A stretch of DNA of 64,000 nucleotides, from the NCBI RefSeq assembly GCF_009914755.1, contig NC_060931.1; one strand, 5' to 3'. Both the position numbers and the translations under genes were made by a program. This document shows positions 48,076 to 64,000 of this stretch, one piece after another. The notes under the pieces are model-generated. The model was not told where the DNA came from. It was given only the letters and a program-made list of their open reading frames with translations, and made no database searches. The stretch comes from the human T2T-CHM13v2.0 reference genome, Homo sapiens. Numbering within the stretch: position 1 is the first letter of the stretch; each line of letters starts with the position of its first letter.

Positions 48076-49034
48076 TGGGCTATAACCTATTTCAATTATG
48101 CCACTAGTTTTTTTTCTTTGTTTGTAGGTGCTACATACTAATTTGCTTCTTTGCTTGCCTATTTCATAAATATTGATGAATACCTGTTGAGGTCAGGTGC
48201 TGTGTTGGGGACTGGGAATCCCAATACTGTCTGGGGTGACAGCTGGAAAGATCCCTGGTTTGTGGACTTAACATTAATTAGACGGTGTAACATGCAAGGT
48301 GCTTCATGGCTTTGGTAGGGTAAGTAGCCCACTGGAGAGTGGGCTCGCTGGTCAGGGAGGTATTCTGGAGCTAGAGCTGTTCTTTAGGTAAGGCAAATCT
48401 GGGTTTGCAGTTTTGTTCTTTGGTGTGGGGGTCTGCAAAACCATTGCAGCAGGTGGCTAGAGGGGCACCGGTGACATTATTAGCTATGGCTACTCTCACT
48501 TTAAGACAGTGACAGAACATTAGATTTACAGAAACATATATAGGGATAATCCAGTTTAATTGATTAGAACAACTCAGATGAATCTGCAATTGGAATGCTG
48601 GCTAATGGAGTTATTGAAAGGGATAGGAAAGTGTACCTAATACGATTGACAAATGGGCTTCTTTATTATATTTGTTGCAGGTTTCCTTGGTTGTGAACAA
48701 AAGCACCAACCTTGTCTATATTCAGTGAAATGGGGCTTATACCAACCCTGGGGGCTCACAGAACCAAGGAGTCTCTTATAATTAACATGAGGTTGATACT
48801 GGGCTGGATGGGCAGGACCCAAGGGCACAGCACTCTTTCTTGGAGTGAAACTGCAATCATTTCCATTTCTTTGTACTGCCGTTCAAGATTCAAATCCTAG
48901 CGGGGGATATCCACTTGGGGGTGCACTCACCTGTCACATAGGAGACAGTGGCGTCTCTGATTACAGTCTGCCCGATTCTACCCAATGGCAAAGAAGTCAA
49001 ACTGGATCTATGATTATTATTTCTTTAGGATGTT

Positions 49035-49325
49035 TTTATTATTATTATTATTATTTTAGATGGAGTCTTGCTTGTCACCAGGGTGGACCGGAGTGGTGTG
49101 ATCCTGGCTCACTGCAACCTCTGCCTCCTGAGTTCAAGCAATTCTCCTGTCTCAGCATCCCGAGTAGCTGGGACTCCACCACGCCCAGCTAATTTTTTGT
49201 ATTTTTAGTAGAGACGGAGTTTCACCATGTTGGCCAGGATGGTCTCTATCTCTTGACATCGTGATCTGCCTGCCTCGGCCTCCCAAAGTGCTGGGATTAC
49301 AGGCGTGAGCCACCACACCCAGCCT
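49035..49325 (-). mobile_element. AluSc-like
   Basis: (TTA)n tail; TSD tctttaggat. Confidence 0.95.
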
Positions 49326-50186
49326 CTTTAGGATATGTTTAAGCAGGTATAATTACTGAATCAAAAGTAATGTCCGTCTTAGATTTGCACAAGATTTTGT
49401 TGAGGGGTGAGTGTCATTTCAGAGTTTCCTGGTGAAATATGTTCACCACCTAAATGTTAAGAGATAATTATGGCAAGTAGTATTTTAAGCTTTTGAGATA
49501 AAGTAGTAGTAATCGTGATGTGAAAGAATCCCATCAAGCAGGGCTGGCTGTTCTGTTGAATTTCACTTTCCATTTTGGAACAAAGTATTTGAGCTCATTT
49601 TCTTGGAACTGATTACTGTGCCTTGGGGCAGCATGGTACATAAAGCAGTCGATGTTGTATAAATATATTGCGCAGCTTCATTGCAGAAACCTCATCTCGG
49701 AGGAGGCACAGGTTTTCCAGATTGAAAGATAAATTAGAGACACAACAGGAGGTGGCCTTCAAAGATGTGGTTCTTGTGGTGGGCTACCACAAGGAGCTAG
49801 AGCAAGGCAAAGAAGGGCTTAGAGCAAGCCAAAGACGATTAGGAAAACACAGAGTGATAACTGAAAGAGAGAACGTGTGGTCCTGGGGAGGACAGTGATG
49901 AAGACAGGGTAAACTCTTGTGTGCCTACCAAGAACCTCTAGGGATCTCTAGGTCACAGAAGGCTGCCCTCTCCCTCAAACGAGAAGTGTCCTCCCTGGAG
50001 GAGGCTCTGCTTGTGAGGTGGTGTGGCTGATGGGCCCAGGCAATGCCAGACTCTCTTGCTGTAGATACCAACCCAGATTTACTGGGGAAATGTACAAGCA
50101 GAACTGGCAAGAAAATTAGGTGCGCTTTCCTCCAAGAACTTATATGACAGGCTGGGAACAGTGGGGATAACCTGGGGTCCTGGTGG

Positions 50187-50722
50187 TGGGAGATGAAGCC
50201 AGCTGGACTTCCTGGGTCGAGTGGGGACTTGGAGAACTTTTCTGTCCAGCTAGAGGATTGTAAACGCACCAATCAGTGCTCTGTGTCTAGCTAGAGGATT
50301 GTAAATGCATCAATCAGCACTCTGTAAAAACGCACCAGTCAGTGCTCTGTGTCTAGCTAAAGGATTGTAAATGCACCAATCAGCACTCTGTAAAAACGTA
50401 CCAATCAGTGTTCTGTGTGTAGCTAAAGGATTGTAAGCACACCAATCAGCACTCTGTAAAATGGACCAATCAGCAGGATGTGGGCGGGGACAAATAAGGG
50501 AATAAAAGCTGGCCACCCCAGCCAGCAGCAGCAGCCCACTGGGGTCCCCTTCCATGCTGTGGAAGCTTTGTTCTTTCACTCTTCACAGTAAATCTTGCTG
50601 CTGCTCACTCTAGGGGTCCACGCCACCTTTAAGAGCTGTAACACTCACCATGAAGGTGTGCAGCTTTATTCTTGAAGTCAGCAAGACCAAGAACCCACTG
50701 GAAGAAACCAACTCCTGACATA
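50187..50722 (+). mobile_element. Solo LTR12F-like (ERV9) LTR
   Basis: gaagccagctggacttcctgggtcgagtggggacttggagaac start, tandem ggattgtaaa..ccaatcagc units, 4-bp TSD GTGG both sides. Confidence 0.93.
50262..50510 (+). promoter_or_regulatory. LTR12 U3 promoter: 5 intact CCAAT boxes, GC box, TATA-like AATAAAA
   Basis: CCAAT at 50269, 50376, 50401, 50442, 50466; gtgggcgggg ~50480; aataaaa 50501. Confidence 0.65.
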
Positions 50723-51478
50723 GTGGGAAATGGAAGCCATGCACACCCCTTTCCCATGGGGAAGCAGAAGGAATCCTCCACCCCTGCTGTGTCTCAGCAA
50801 ACCACAGAGGTGCCAGGTGGCCACTCCTCCACCACCTCTGTGTGAGAGAAGCCACTTCAGATCCACACTCAATGGTGAGAACCAAAATAAACAAATTGAT
50901 TGGAACTACAGGACTCTACTTCATTTCTTTTCCTAGAAAGGATTTGATTTAACATTTACTTTTTCTCATTTTTTTTGTTTCAAAGCTTATAAAAACATTG
51001 AGAGGCTAATACATTGAATACCTATATAAACGTCACCTGATTCACCAAATATTAATGTTTTTCAACATTTGTGCTCTCTCTCTCAATCTCTTTCTCTTCC
51101 TTCTCCCTGTCATATATATTTAAACATATCTTCACTGATAGATAATAATTGTACATATTTCTGAGCTACAGGTAGTATTTTGCCACATGTATATACAATG
51201 TGTAATAATCAAATCATGCTAATTAGGATATTCTTCACCTCAAACATTTATATTTTCTTTGTGTTGGAAGCATTTCAGATCCACACTCTAGCTATTTTGA
51301 TACATATTATAAATTATTGCTAACTAGTCACCCTACTGTGTGACCAAACACTAGAACTTATTCCTTCTTCTACTATATTTTTGTACTCATGAATTGACCT
51401 CTCTTCATCTTCCCCCTCCCACTACCCTTTCTAGCCTCTGGTAACCCCCATTCCACTCTCTATCCCCATGAGATTCAC

Positions 51479-51804
<326 letters not shown>

Positions 51805-52260
51805 TGAGAACGTGTGATATTTGTCTTTTTGTGCCTGATTTATTTCATTTAACATAATGACCTCCAGTTCCATCTGTGCTGCCACAAATGACAGAATTTA
51901 ATTCTTTATGATGACTGAATAATATTCCCTTCTGTATACGTACCACATTTTCTTTATCCATTCATCTGTGGATGGACATTTAGGTTGATTCTCTATCTTG
52001 GCTGTTGTGAACAGTGTGACAGTAAACATGGGAGTGCAGATACACCTTTGATATTCTAATTTCCTTTCTTTTGAATACATACCTAGCAGTGGGATTGCTG
52101 GATCATATGGTAGTTCTATTTTTAGTTTTAGGAGCAACCTTCATACTGTTTTCCATAGCGGTCGTAAGAATGTACATTCCCACCGACAGTGTACTAGCGT
52201 CCTTCCTTCTCTGCATCCTTGCCAGTATCTATTATCTTTTGTCTTTTTGATAACAGAGAC

Positions 52261-52555
52261 TTTTTTTTTTTTTGGATACAGAGTCTCACTCTTTCACCCA
52301 GACTGGAGTGCAATGGCATGGTCTTGGCTCACTCCAACCTCCGCCTCCCAGGTTCAAGCGATCCTCCTGCCTCAGACTTCCAAGTAGCTGGGATTACAGG
52401 CACCCACCACTACGCCCGGCTAATTTTTGTATTTTTAGTAGAGATGGGGTTTCACCATGTTTGCCAGGCTTGTCTCGAACTCCTGACTTCAGGTGATTCG
52501 CCCACCTCAGCCTCCCAAAGTGCTGGGATTACAGGCGTGAGCCACTGTGCCAGGC
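52261..52555 (-). mobile_element. AluS
   Basis: Antisense Alu; TSD-like ataacag. Confidence 0.95.
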
Positions 52556-53171
52556 GAATAACAGCCATTTTAACAGGGCTGGGCAGATATCTCACCATGG
52601 TTTTGATTTGTGTTTCCCTGATGATTAGTGATATGAAGCGTTTTTTCATATGTGTGTTTGCCACTTGTATGTCTTCTTTTGAGAAATGTCTATTCAGATC
52701 ATTTGCTCATTTTTCAACCAGATTTTTTTTAAATTTTACTTATTTTTTTTCTGCTATTTGAGTTGTTTGTGCTCCTTACATATTCTGGTTATTAATCCCT
52801 TGTCAGATGAGAAGTCTGCAAATATTTTTTCCAATTCCATAAGTTGTCTTTTCACTTTGTTGATGTTTCCTTTGCTGTGCAGAAGCTTTTGGCTTGATAT
52901 AATTTCATTCGTCTACTTTCACTTTTGTTGCCTGTGCTTCTGAGGTCTTACCCAAAAAATCTTTACCCCGACCAATGTCCTGAAGCACTTGCCCATATAT
53001 ACATGCATATTTTTGAACCATTTAAAAACAGTGACAGACATCATAACACTTCACCAGTAAATGCCTCACCAAGAACATTCTGCTATATGATACAAAGCCA
53101 TTATTATGCTTAATAAGAAACTTACTATTGATTCAAATGTTTTCCTTTGTCCCCAAAATATCTCTTACAGA

Positions 53172-53469
53172 TTTTTTTTTTTTTTTTTTTGAACAGAGTC
53201 TGCCTCTGTCACCTAGGCTGGAGTGCAGTGGCAGTCTTAGCTCACTGCAACCTCTGCCTCCCAGATTCAAGCAATTCTTGTGCCTCAGCCTTCTGAGTAG
53301 CTGGGATTATAGGCATGTGCCACCACACTCGGCTAATTTTTGTATTTTTAGTAGAGAAGGAGTTTCACCATGTTGGCCATGCTGGTCTCAAACTCCTGAC
53401 CTTAGGTAATCCTCCCACCTCAGCCTCCCAAAGTGCTGGGATTACAGGCGTGAGCCACTGTGCCCGGCC
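53172..53469 (-). mobile_element. AluS
   Basis: Antisense Alu; TSD-like tcttacagatttt / tcttatagatttt. Confidence 0.95.
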
Positions 53470-53546
53470 TTCTTATAGATTTTTAAAATACAAAATCCAG
53501 TCAAGGATCTTACATTGCCTTTTAAAGTCATGTCTCTTTAATCTAG

Positions 53547-53877
<331 letters not shown>

Positions 53878-54764
53878 CATGATTCTGTTTTTAAACAGTC
53901 AAATTGTAAGCCAGTAAGGAGATCATTTATGGAGAAATCAACTATGTGCCAGGAGTTTTGCATATCTCAGCACAATTTTAGTGGTATATTTTTGACATTT
54001 GTTTTCCAAGTACCTACCTCACAAGACATAGGACCCATCAGGGCAAGAGTTATGTTGAAGAACAGACCCTAAACTCAGTCCCTACCTCAGTGCTTACTTA
54101 CCAGGAAACAGACAGTAAAGACTGCTTGTTGTAAGAATGATTTCGGTTGATTCCTATGAATGATATACTAGTATCTGATTTCCAGGGTATGGTGGGGAGT
54201 ACCAGATTTATCCAAAGTGCAAAAAACTGGCAAAATAGGGATTAAAATCAGGCCTCTGATTGCAAGCCTGAATTTGTTCAACTTGAAGGCAGCCCATCTT
54301 CTCAGAACTTTCATTTTCCCATAGGGAGATTAAGGTATTAAATATCTCATAGTGAAGATGTATCCCAGTTCTTGATGTGCTGAAAGTCTGAGCGTTCAGG
54401 AGCTCCAGCGGGATCAGGTCCTTAAAGCAGCATGGCTTAGAAAAGGACGTGTACAGACCCTGGCTTCCCATCCCAGCTCTAGCGCTTGCTGTCCATGGCC
54501 ATGGGCAAGATGGTGAACCTCATGTGGGAAGAGTGAACAGTATCTACCTAGTGGAGCTGAAGAAGGAGAAAATGATGCTAAACAACAAGCATGATGCCCT
54601 GCTCAGGACGCCCGAAGTGCCTGATGAATGAGGTGGAGATGGGGGAGCCGTAGCTTACGAGGGCAAAGGGCAGAGCAGATGAGGATGGAGCAGAAGTGAC
54701 ATCAGAAGAGTCAGGAAACAGCCAACACTTTCTGCTCAATGAGAGCTCCTTAGTTCTTATTTTA

Positions 54765-55074
<310 letters not shown>

Positions 55075-55764
55075 CTTATTTCTTATTTTAAAAAATATTT
55101 CCAAAAACGAAGGCAAATGTCCTGCCTCCTGTTATATACTTTAACCTTTGTTCCTCCTGGGAGCTTGCTGCCTCTGGGGTTCAGGGTGTCTCAAGAGTTC
55201 AGACAGCACCGTTCAGAGCCAGTGGAGGACCCCAGATGTGACCCTGGAGCTCCACGCTGTAATTCGCCCACACCATGCCCTGCCCGCCAGCTTCAGTCTC
55301 TGCCCCAGATTGTGGCTCAGAAAATACATAACAAAAAGATACTTGCCATAGTTTTGGAATGACCATGTGGAAAGTTGAAACAGACTGATGGACTGACATT
55401 TTAATTCTCATTAAAGAATTAAATGGATCAGACTGTGTGTGTCTTCCAAGTTTCAGGTAAAATAAAATAGATTACTTTTAAAAGAAAAAATATTTTTGGT
55501 TGCTAAGGGCATATATCTAGATCAAAACCTCCTGGCTTCATAAACTTTAAATTATTTTAGATTTCTGAAAAACATGCTTCAGTCTGATGGTAAGAAAATG
55601 GGAATTTCAGACGTGTGCCTAATGCTATAACAAACTGTCTAGAGAGAAAATCATCACGATTCTTCCTGAGAATGGAGGTGAATGGGACTTCTTTGAAAGT
55701 AAAACCTACAGTGGGTGTCCCCATTAGACAAAAGAGAAGCCCAAATATATATATATATAATGTA

Positions 55765-56039
55765 TTTTTTTTTTGAGACAGAGTCTCGCTGTGTCACCCA
55801 GGATGGAGTGCAATGGTGAAATCTTGGCTCCGCATTCAAGCAATTTTCCTGCCTCAGTCCCCAAGGTAGCTGAGATTACAGGCCTGAGTCACCATGCCTG
55901 GCTAATTTTTTTGTATTTTTAGTAGAGACTGGCTTTGCCATGTTGGCCAGGCTGGTCTCGAACTCCTGACCTCAAATGATCCACTCTCCTCGGCCTCCCA
56001 AAGTGCTGAGATTACTGGTGTGAGCCACCGCACCTGGCC
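55765..56039 (-). mobile_element. AluS with internal deletion, preceded by (TA)n
   Basis: Antisense Alu. Confidence 0.93.
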
Positions 56040-57038
56040 ACAATATTTTTAGAGCCTGGTTGGAGAGTTGACTGGGCAGGAAACCACCTGGATATGCCAC
56101 TGTAAAAACCCAGGCAGAAAACAAGGTGGTTGAAGCAGGTGAAGGCAAATGGTGGGTGGCCGGCAACAGGGGTTGCTTCACTGATTGGATGTCAGGGGAG
56201 AAAGTGGCCAAGGACGGGAAGTCCAGGATGAACTGGGCCTCTGGCTTGAGATGTTGGATGGATGCTTGGGCCAGTCACTGTCATAGGAAACTCAAGAGTT
56301 AGGGGCACACTTTGGGGGAAGTTACTTAGTCTTTTGATACCTTAGTTTCCTCTGCTGTAAAATGAAGAAAACGTCATATACTTGGCAGTTGAAATAAACA
56401 TTGGAAAATTTTATAAAACATCTGAAAGTGCCCAGGAATGGAGACTGTCATCAGAAATGCTTTTTCCACTAAGTGTCTCATGGCACTCCTGTTTGCAGGC
56501 GCGGCGGCTCCTCCCCACAGTCAGGCACGCTCGCCCACACTGCATCAGAACATCTTGTTCCTGCAGGATGGCCCAGCCCTTCGCTGGCTGCCCTGCCGGC
56601 CACGGGACCGAATCACCATCACTCTCACCCACAAAGCTGCTTTTGGAATGCAGGCATTTCATGGTGTGGGAAGACAGTATTTTTACACTTTTCTCAGAAA
56701 TTGGTCAAATTCTTTTTGCTCCCTGCTATTTTTCCCCTTCTCCCTCTCCCCTTTCCCTTTTCTTCATTCCAGCAATAGCTAGATCTCTACTGCACCCGAG
56801 AAAGGACATGACAGTGGCAAAGCAAAACAGTAAACAATCAACAACAAAACTCCTGAGCCCAGCTGGCTTTGATTTCCCAAAGCAAATCAGTCAAGTAATT
56901 AAGAAGGCATGAGAAAAACAGAAACACACACACACAATCTTTACTACCTGTGGGGAGGATTGTGAGGGAAAAAGAAAAATATATTCCTCTGTACCCCATG
57001 GGTTATGGAAGGAAGTGACAGATGTGAGGAGTGTGTGT

Positions 57039-57172
57039 GAGACAGAGACAGAGAGACAGAGACAGAGATAGAGAGACAGAGAGACAAAGACAGGAGGGAC
57101 AGAGACAGACAGAGGAAGACAGACACAGAAATAGAAAGAGAGACAGAACAGAGAGAGACAGGCATAGACAGA
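57039..57172. repeat. (GAGACA/GA)n low-complexity repeat
   Basis: Degenerate gagaca/gaga units. Confidence 0.9.
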
Positions 57173-58349
57173 AGTGTCTCCTGAGGTTGGGCCTCTGAGT
57201 CCTGCTCTCTGGGGAGTACTCTGGAAAAATGGCAAGATCTCAGGGACCTTGGTGTGTAGATGACTGATCGCCAAAGCAGGAGCTCTGGTCTTAGGCCAGA
57301 TACACTGAAGCAGCCAAAGAGTCAAGTTTCCCTCTGGGCCGTGCCCTGGGGGTGCAGGGGTATATGAAAAGCTGCAGCTGGGTGCAGTGTTCCTCTAGGG
57401 CTCAGGAGAAGTGACAGACAGAGAGCCCAGGAAGCACCCACAGCCTGGGCCTGGCACGTCCATTGGTGTGACCAAGACCTACATACAGAAAGGTGAAGGT
57501 GCTCAATGAACTCAGACTTTATCTGAATAGGGGTAAGATCCATTTCAAAATTGGAAGTGGGGCTGATTTGAAAGAATCTATTTTATGAGGATAAACTGAT
57601 GATGAGATAAATTCTATAGATAGGGTTTTCCTTGACTTCTAAGAGAATAGATACACAGAAGGTAATTATTGAGTTAGAGTTGTCTTTTGTTTCTAAGAAA
57701 ATGATACGACAATTTATATTTTTCACAGCCTTGCTTTCTTGCTCCACCAGGGGTCACAGCTGATCTTACACATTTCGGGGTGTGGGCACAACTTCACCAC
57801 TCTTCCAGGGACCAATGTAAAGCCACCCTGGCACCACCCTTTGCTTACTGAAGATTCCCCCACCAAATCCACGTGCTACCTGTGCCTCATCCATCACTGG
57901 TTAATTACTCTGATTAAAATAAAGCAGTGATTTGATGTTTCCAAGGAGCTTCATTAGAATGAGAAAAAATTATATTTACCAAGGAAAGGAGGAAATGGTT
58001 GAATAAAAAATATGACAAGTAATTTAATTTTAGGTCAATGAATGCTCCACTGTGATTCAATTCTGACACATGAAACAAATAATGAGATGATCAAGCCCTC
58101 TTCTTCCTTGCAGAAACTCGCTAATCCATATGAATGGTCTGTTGTTCACGAGCATCTGGTTCCCTTAACAACCTGTGGCCTGTTTACTCCATGGGGAGAA
58201 TCTGGTCCTCAGAGCAGCTTTAGGGTCCATGCACCTTACTGGACATCCATAATGCACCACAGAGTGTGGTGCAGCAATATGCCATGTGAGGATTTTTTAA
58301 TCCTTGAAAAGTTGGGTGAAGAGGATAAGATTTTTCGTATAAGATAATA

Positions 58350-58445
58350 CAGGCTTCAAAAAGTTGGAAAAAGAGCACATTTAGAAAGTCCCAGAGCTGG
58401 GATTTGAACCCCTGTGCTTCTGATTCTAAATTGCTTCCCACCACG
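58350..58445 (-). mobile_element. MIR fragment
   Basis: cagagctgggatttgaacccctgtgcttctgattct. Confidence 0.6.
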
Positions 58446-58610
58446 CTCATGGTGACCTCTAGAAGGTGTTAGTGAGGTGGAGATGTACCCGGTAATCCTG
58501 CCAGTGCATCTGTGCACTGATTCTCTATTGCTGGCTGTCCTTCTTGGCATCTTATTCAACAATAGCTACTGTAAGGGGGGAAATAGTCTTATATTTTGTG
58601 AAAGAACTCA

Positions 58611-60215
<1,605 letters not shown>

Positions 60216-60261
60216 GAAGATCATTAATTGCCTTAATCATTCTAAAAAGTGATTTGGCAAA

Positions 60262-61031
<770 letters not shown>

Positions 61032-62636
61032 AACAAAATATATACTGTATTGAGAACCTTAATATTGGCAATACCATTTGCACAGGAACTCCTTGCCTTT
61101 GGTTGCCACCTAAGAAATCATGCATATGGACATGGAATTACACATAAAGTATATTTAGCTAGTTTTTCTTCAACATGCTATTGCAGGAGGACAATTCAAA
61201 AATCTTTCCAACTCCCACCTGATTTCTGAAGGTTCTCTGGGAGCCTGCGCATCAGCCATCAAAACACACTTGTCACATTTTTCTTTCCTTTTGGCCTCCT
61301 TTAGTGAAGTCAGCTGCCTGAGGCTGGGCGGAGGTGCTCAGCACTCCCTCTGGTTTGTGGGGGGCTGGGGTGGGTCACACTTATTCTACTGGATATCACT
61401 GTTCCTGGGCCCTGCCACCACTCTCAGCCCTGGTGCTGTGGATTCTGTTCATGAGAGGGGCTGAAGTCAAGCCTCCCTCTCAGGCCCAGATCTGAGTCTA
61501 CAGGTCAGCCGGGGCTGGGGCCTCACGGTAGCAGGTGGTGACAGAGGACATGTCATTGTCGCAGTCACTGAGGACACTGGTTCTCATAGCCCAGCCTCTG
61601 TGCCTGGACCTCAGCTATAGGCCTGGCCCCATTGTGCTCTCCCTGATGAGAATCTCCAGGCCTTGAGCTACCTGACTCTTCCCAGTTGGCCAGACACATC
61701 CCAGTGAATGATCATCATCCTGCTCTCATCTCATAGCCAGCTGATCAGTCTGTTCACCCTCCACCTACTCAAGTACAGAGTGACACACCCCAAGCAACAA
61801 TCGCATGAGAAATTCTACCACCTGGGGAGGGCAGAACTGGGACAGACTTCTTTCATTTTCTGATCTGCTTTTGCCAGATGTCCTCTGTAGCAAGAGGCAG
61901 GACAAACAGTGAGGACTGCACCAACACTCACCGGGTGACCCCTTTGCTTTGGAAACTTACTCAGGGTGAAAGGAATTCCGATTTTAAACAGCATCTCTTT
62001 GTGTGGCCTGTTTGAGGCACCACACAGAGCTTGCTGGAGCAGCTCTGTTGACCGCTGACCCTTGGCCTGCTAACTGAAACAAGGTGAGTATTTCTAAGGC
62101 TGTCGTGGCCACGGGAGGACCGGAGAATAAATGTGGACCTATTTACATTCTCTTTTCCCTGAAGGTGATAAATGGCTTCCCCCATCCAAACCAGGCCCCT
62201 CTAGGGCCTTTATTTGCTATTCTGGTTTTAAAAGGCAGACGGAGAATGTATTGAGTTATCTTTCAACTGTTTACTAGCAGAAGGGCAAAGATCAGATTAC
62301 CAGCTCAGAGTGATTCATCTTTTCTCCCAAATCAAAGCCATATGTACACAGAGTCTGTGTACACATTAGTTCATTTCATTCATTCATCTAGGTCAGGAGA
62401 GGGAGACCTGGGACAAAGGTCCCGCAGAAAGAGATGGAGGCATCAGGCCACAGACAGTGAGCAGCATGGGTTTTTCTCTGCCTCCACATTAGGACTTTAA
62501 TGTTTTTTTTTTTTGTTTAAAAAAAACAAAACTGCCTGATTTCCTGTCAGGCCAACTAATGATGTTTTTTCCCCAGGTTTCTGGTATAGAGGATGTTTTA
62601 ATTTGAGAGAAGTTTCCACCTACAAAAACACATATT

Positions 62637-62933
62637 TGTCCGGGCATGGTGGCTCACGCCTGTAATCCCAGCACTTTGGGAGGCTGAGGCAGGAGGATCA
62701 TGAGGTCAAGAGATCTAGACCATCCTGGCCAACATGGCGAAACCCCGTCTCTACTAAAAATAAAAAAATTAGCTGGGCATGGTGGCGCATGACTGTAGTC
62801 CCAGCTACTTGGGAGGCTGAGGCAGGAGAATCTCTTGAACCCCGAGTTCAGAGTCAGTCAGTTGAGATCGCGCCACTGCATTTTAGCCTGGTGACAGAGC
62901 GAGACTCCGTCTCAAAAAAACAAAAACAAAAAA
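62637..62933 (+). mobile_element. AluSc-like
   Basis: gaggtcaagagatc..catcctggccaacatgg. Confidence 0.95.
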
Positions 62934-63448
62934 CCACATTTATACCTTTGGAAACATTAAGCCTCCAACTGTGAGAACGAAGATTCATATTTAAAGGGAA
63001 ATGTGAGGTAATTCTGTGAATCTTAGACAGATTGATGGTACAAAATGGGAAGCGCCACCATCACTGATATTCTGAAATTATGGTTGACTGCAAATATCCA
63101 GAAAAGCATAAAAACAACATAATGAACGCCTATATTCTCACACACAAAACTGTAACATTTTGGCAGATTTTCATCAGCTCTTTTTCCTTAAGAAACAACA
63201 CACACAAGGATCATGGAAGCCTCTCCATGCTTCCCACCCTGTCCTTAAACTGATGTTTTTCATCCCCAGAATGACGCTACATTAATGCTACAGATGAATG
63301 GCTCCATAAACTATATATAGCAAAGTATTGAACTTTTGTTGATTACATCAGTCTCTAACAAGCTTTTTTCACTGAACATTATGTTTTTGCAATTTGATAA
63401 TGCCAACAGATGTAGCTACATCCATTTAACTAGTGTATTGCATTTTAT

Positions 63449-64000
63449 TGTTACCAAACCGAACTTGGGTCCACCCATCCTGGCACAGCAAAGCCAAACA
63501 CTGACAGTGGGATTTGCAGTGAAAAAAGTGAGGCATTTATAACAGGGCACCAAGCAAGGAGAACCGGATAGCTCTCGCCTAGGACCTAAACTCCCGAATG
63601 GCTTGAGTGTAAGGGTTTTTAAAGGTGGGAAGGCAGAAGTTACATGCAAAGTCATAAATCAATACATGGAGGTCTTACATTGGTTTGGCCAAAAAAGGTG
63701 GGATATCTTGAAGTGTGGGGCGAGGCACAGGTCATGGGTAGATTCAAAGATTTTCTGATTTGCGAATTGGTTAAGGGAGTGAAACTTTGTCTAAAGCCTA
63801 GGGGTCCACAGAAAGGAATGCTGAGCTCCGACCTGTAGGCATGACTTCCTCCAGGCCACTCAGGAAGAAATTCAGAACAAAAAATGGCAGTCAGAGTTCA
63901 GTCCCCAGTTCCTCTGTTATCTAAGGTCTATGTGCCAGCAGATGTCATTTTCCATTTGGTGGGAGTCCAGGTTTTTTGAAAACAACTCAGGGATATATAT
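63449..64000 (-). mobile_element. ERV1 (MER4-group-like) LTR running off the window; subfamily uncertain
   Basis: Begins tgttacc (..CA terminus on minus strand); aaatcaatacatg..tacattggtttggcc..aaaggtgggata..caggtcat..agattcaaagattttctgatt block typical of MER4-group LTRs. Confidence 0.75.

Noticed and set aside
50240-50475. Regularly spaced direct repeats resembling a CRISPR-like array
   Set aside because: These are the known tandem CCAAT units of LTR12 U3; no unique spacers or cas genes; eukaryotic DNA

Overview
Primate genomic DNA, very probably human/hominoid (AluY, L1PA3-like, LTR12F and Hsmar1 all present). It is non-coding and transposon-rich: 36 Alus, many ancient L1/HAL1/L2/MIR fragments, MaLR and ERV LTRs, MER DNA transposons and a full-length dead Hsmar1. 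I see no conventional protein-coding gene, RNA gene or CRISPR array; the ORF track is almost all Alu, L1, mariner or simple-repeat noise. Best signals: (1) a candidate + strand 3-exon transcript whose exons lie in three different old TEs (MER58A, MIR, MLT1) and splice into a 72-codon ORF; from memory the middle exon resembles C6orf99/LINC02901 at 6q25.3 (unverified); (2) a ~440 bp retrocopied mRNA 3' end with AATAAA, A-tail remnant and TSD splitting an MLT1 LTR; (3) a complex L1(+)/captured local duplication/L1(-) insertion; (4) a solo LTR12F promoter with a perfect TSD; (5) a 390-nt polypyrimidine tract grown from an Alu tail. I found no convincing novel multi-component system. Repeat subfamily names come from recognition by eye, and the boundaries of old repeats are approximate.
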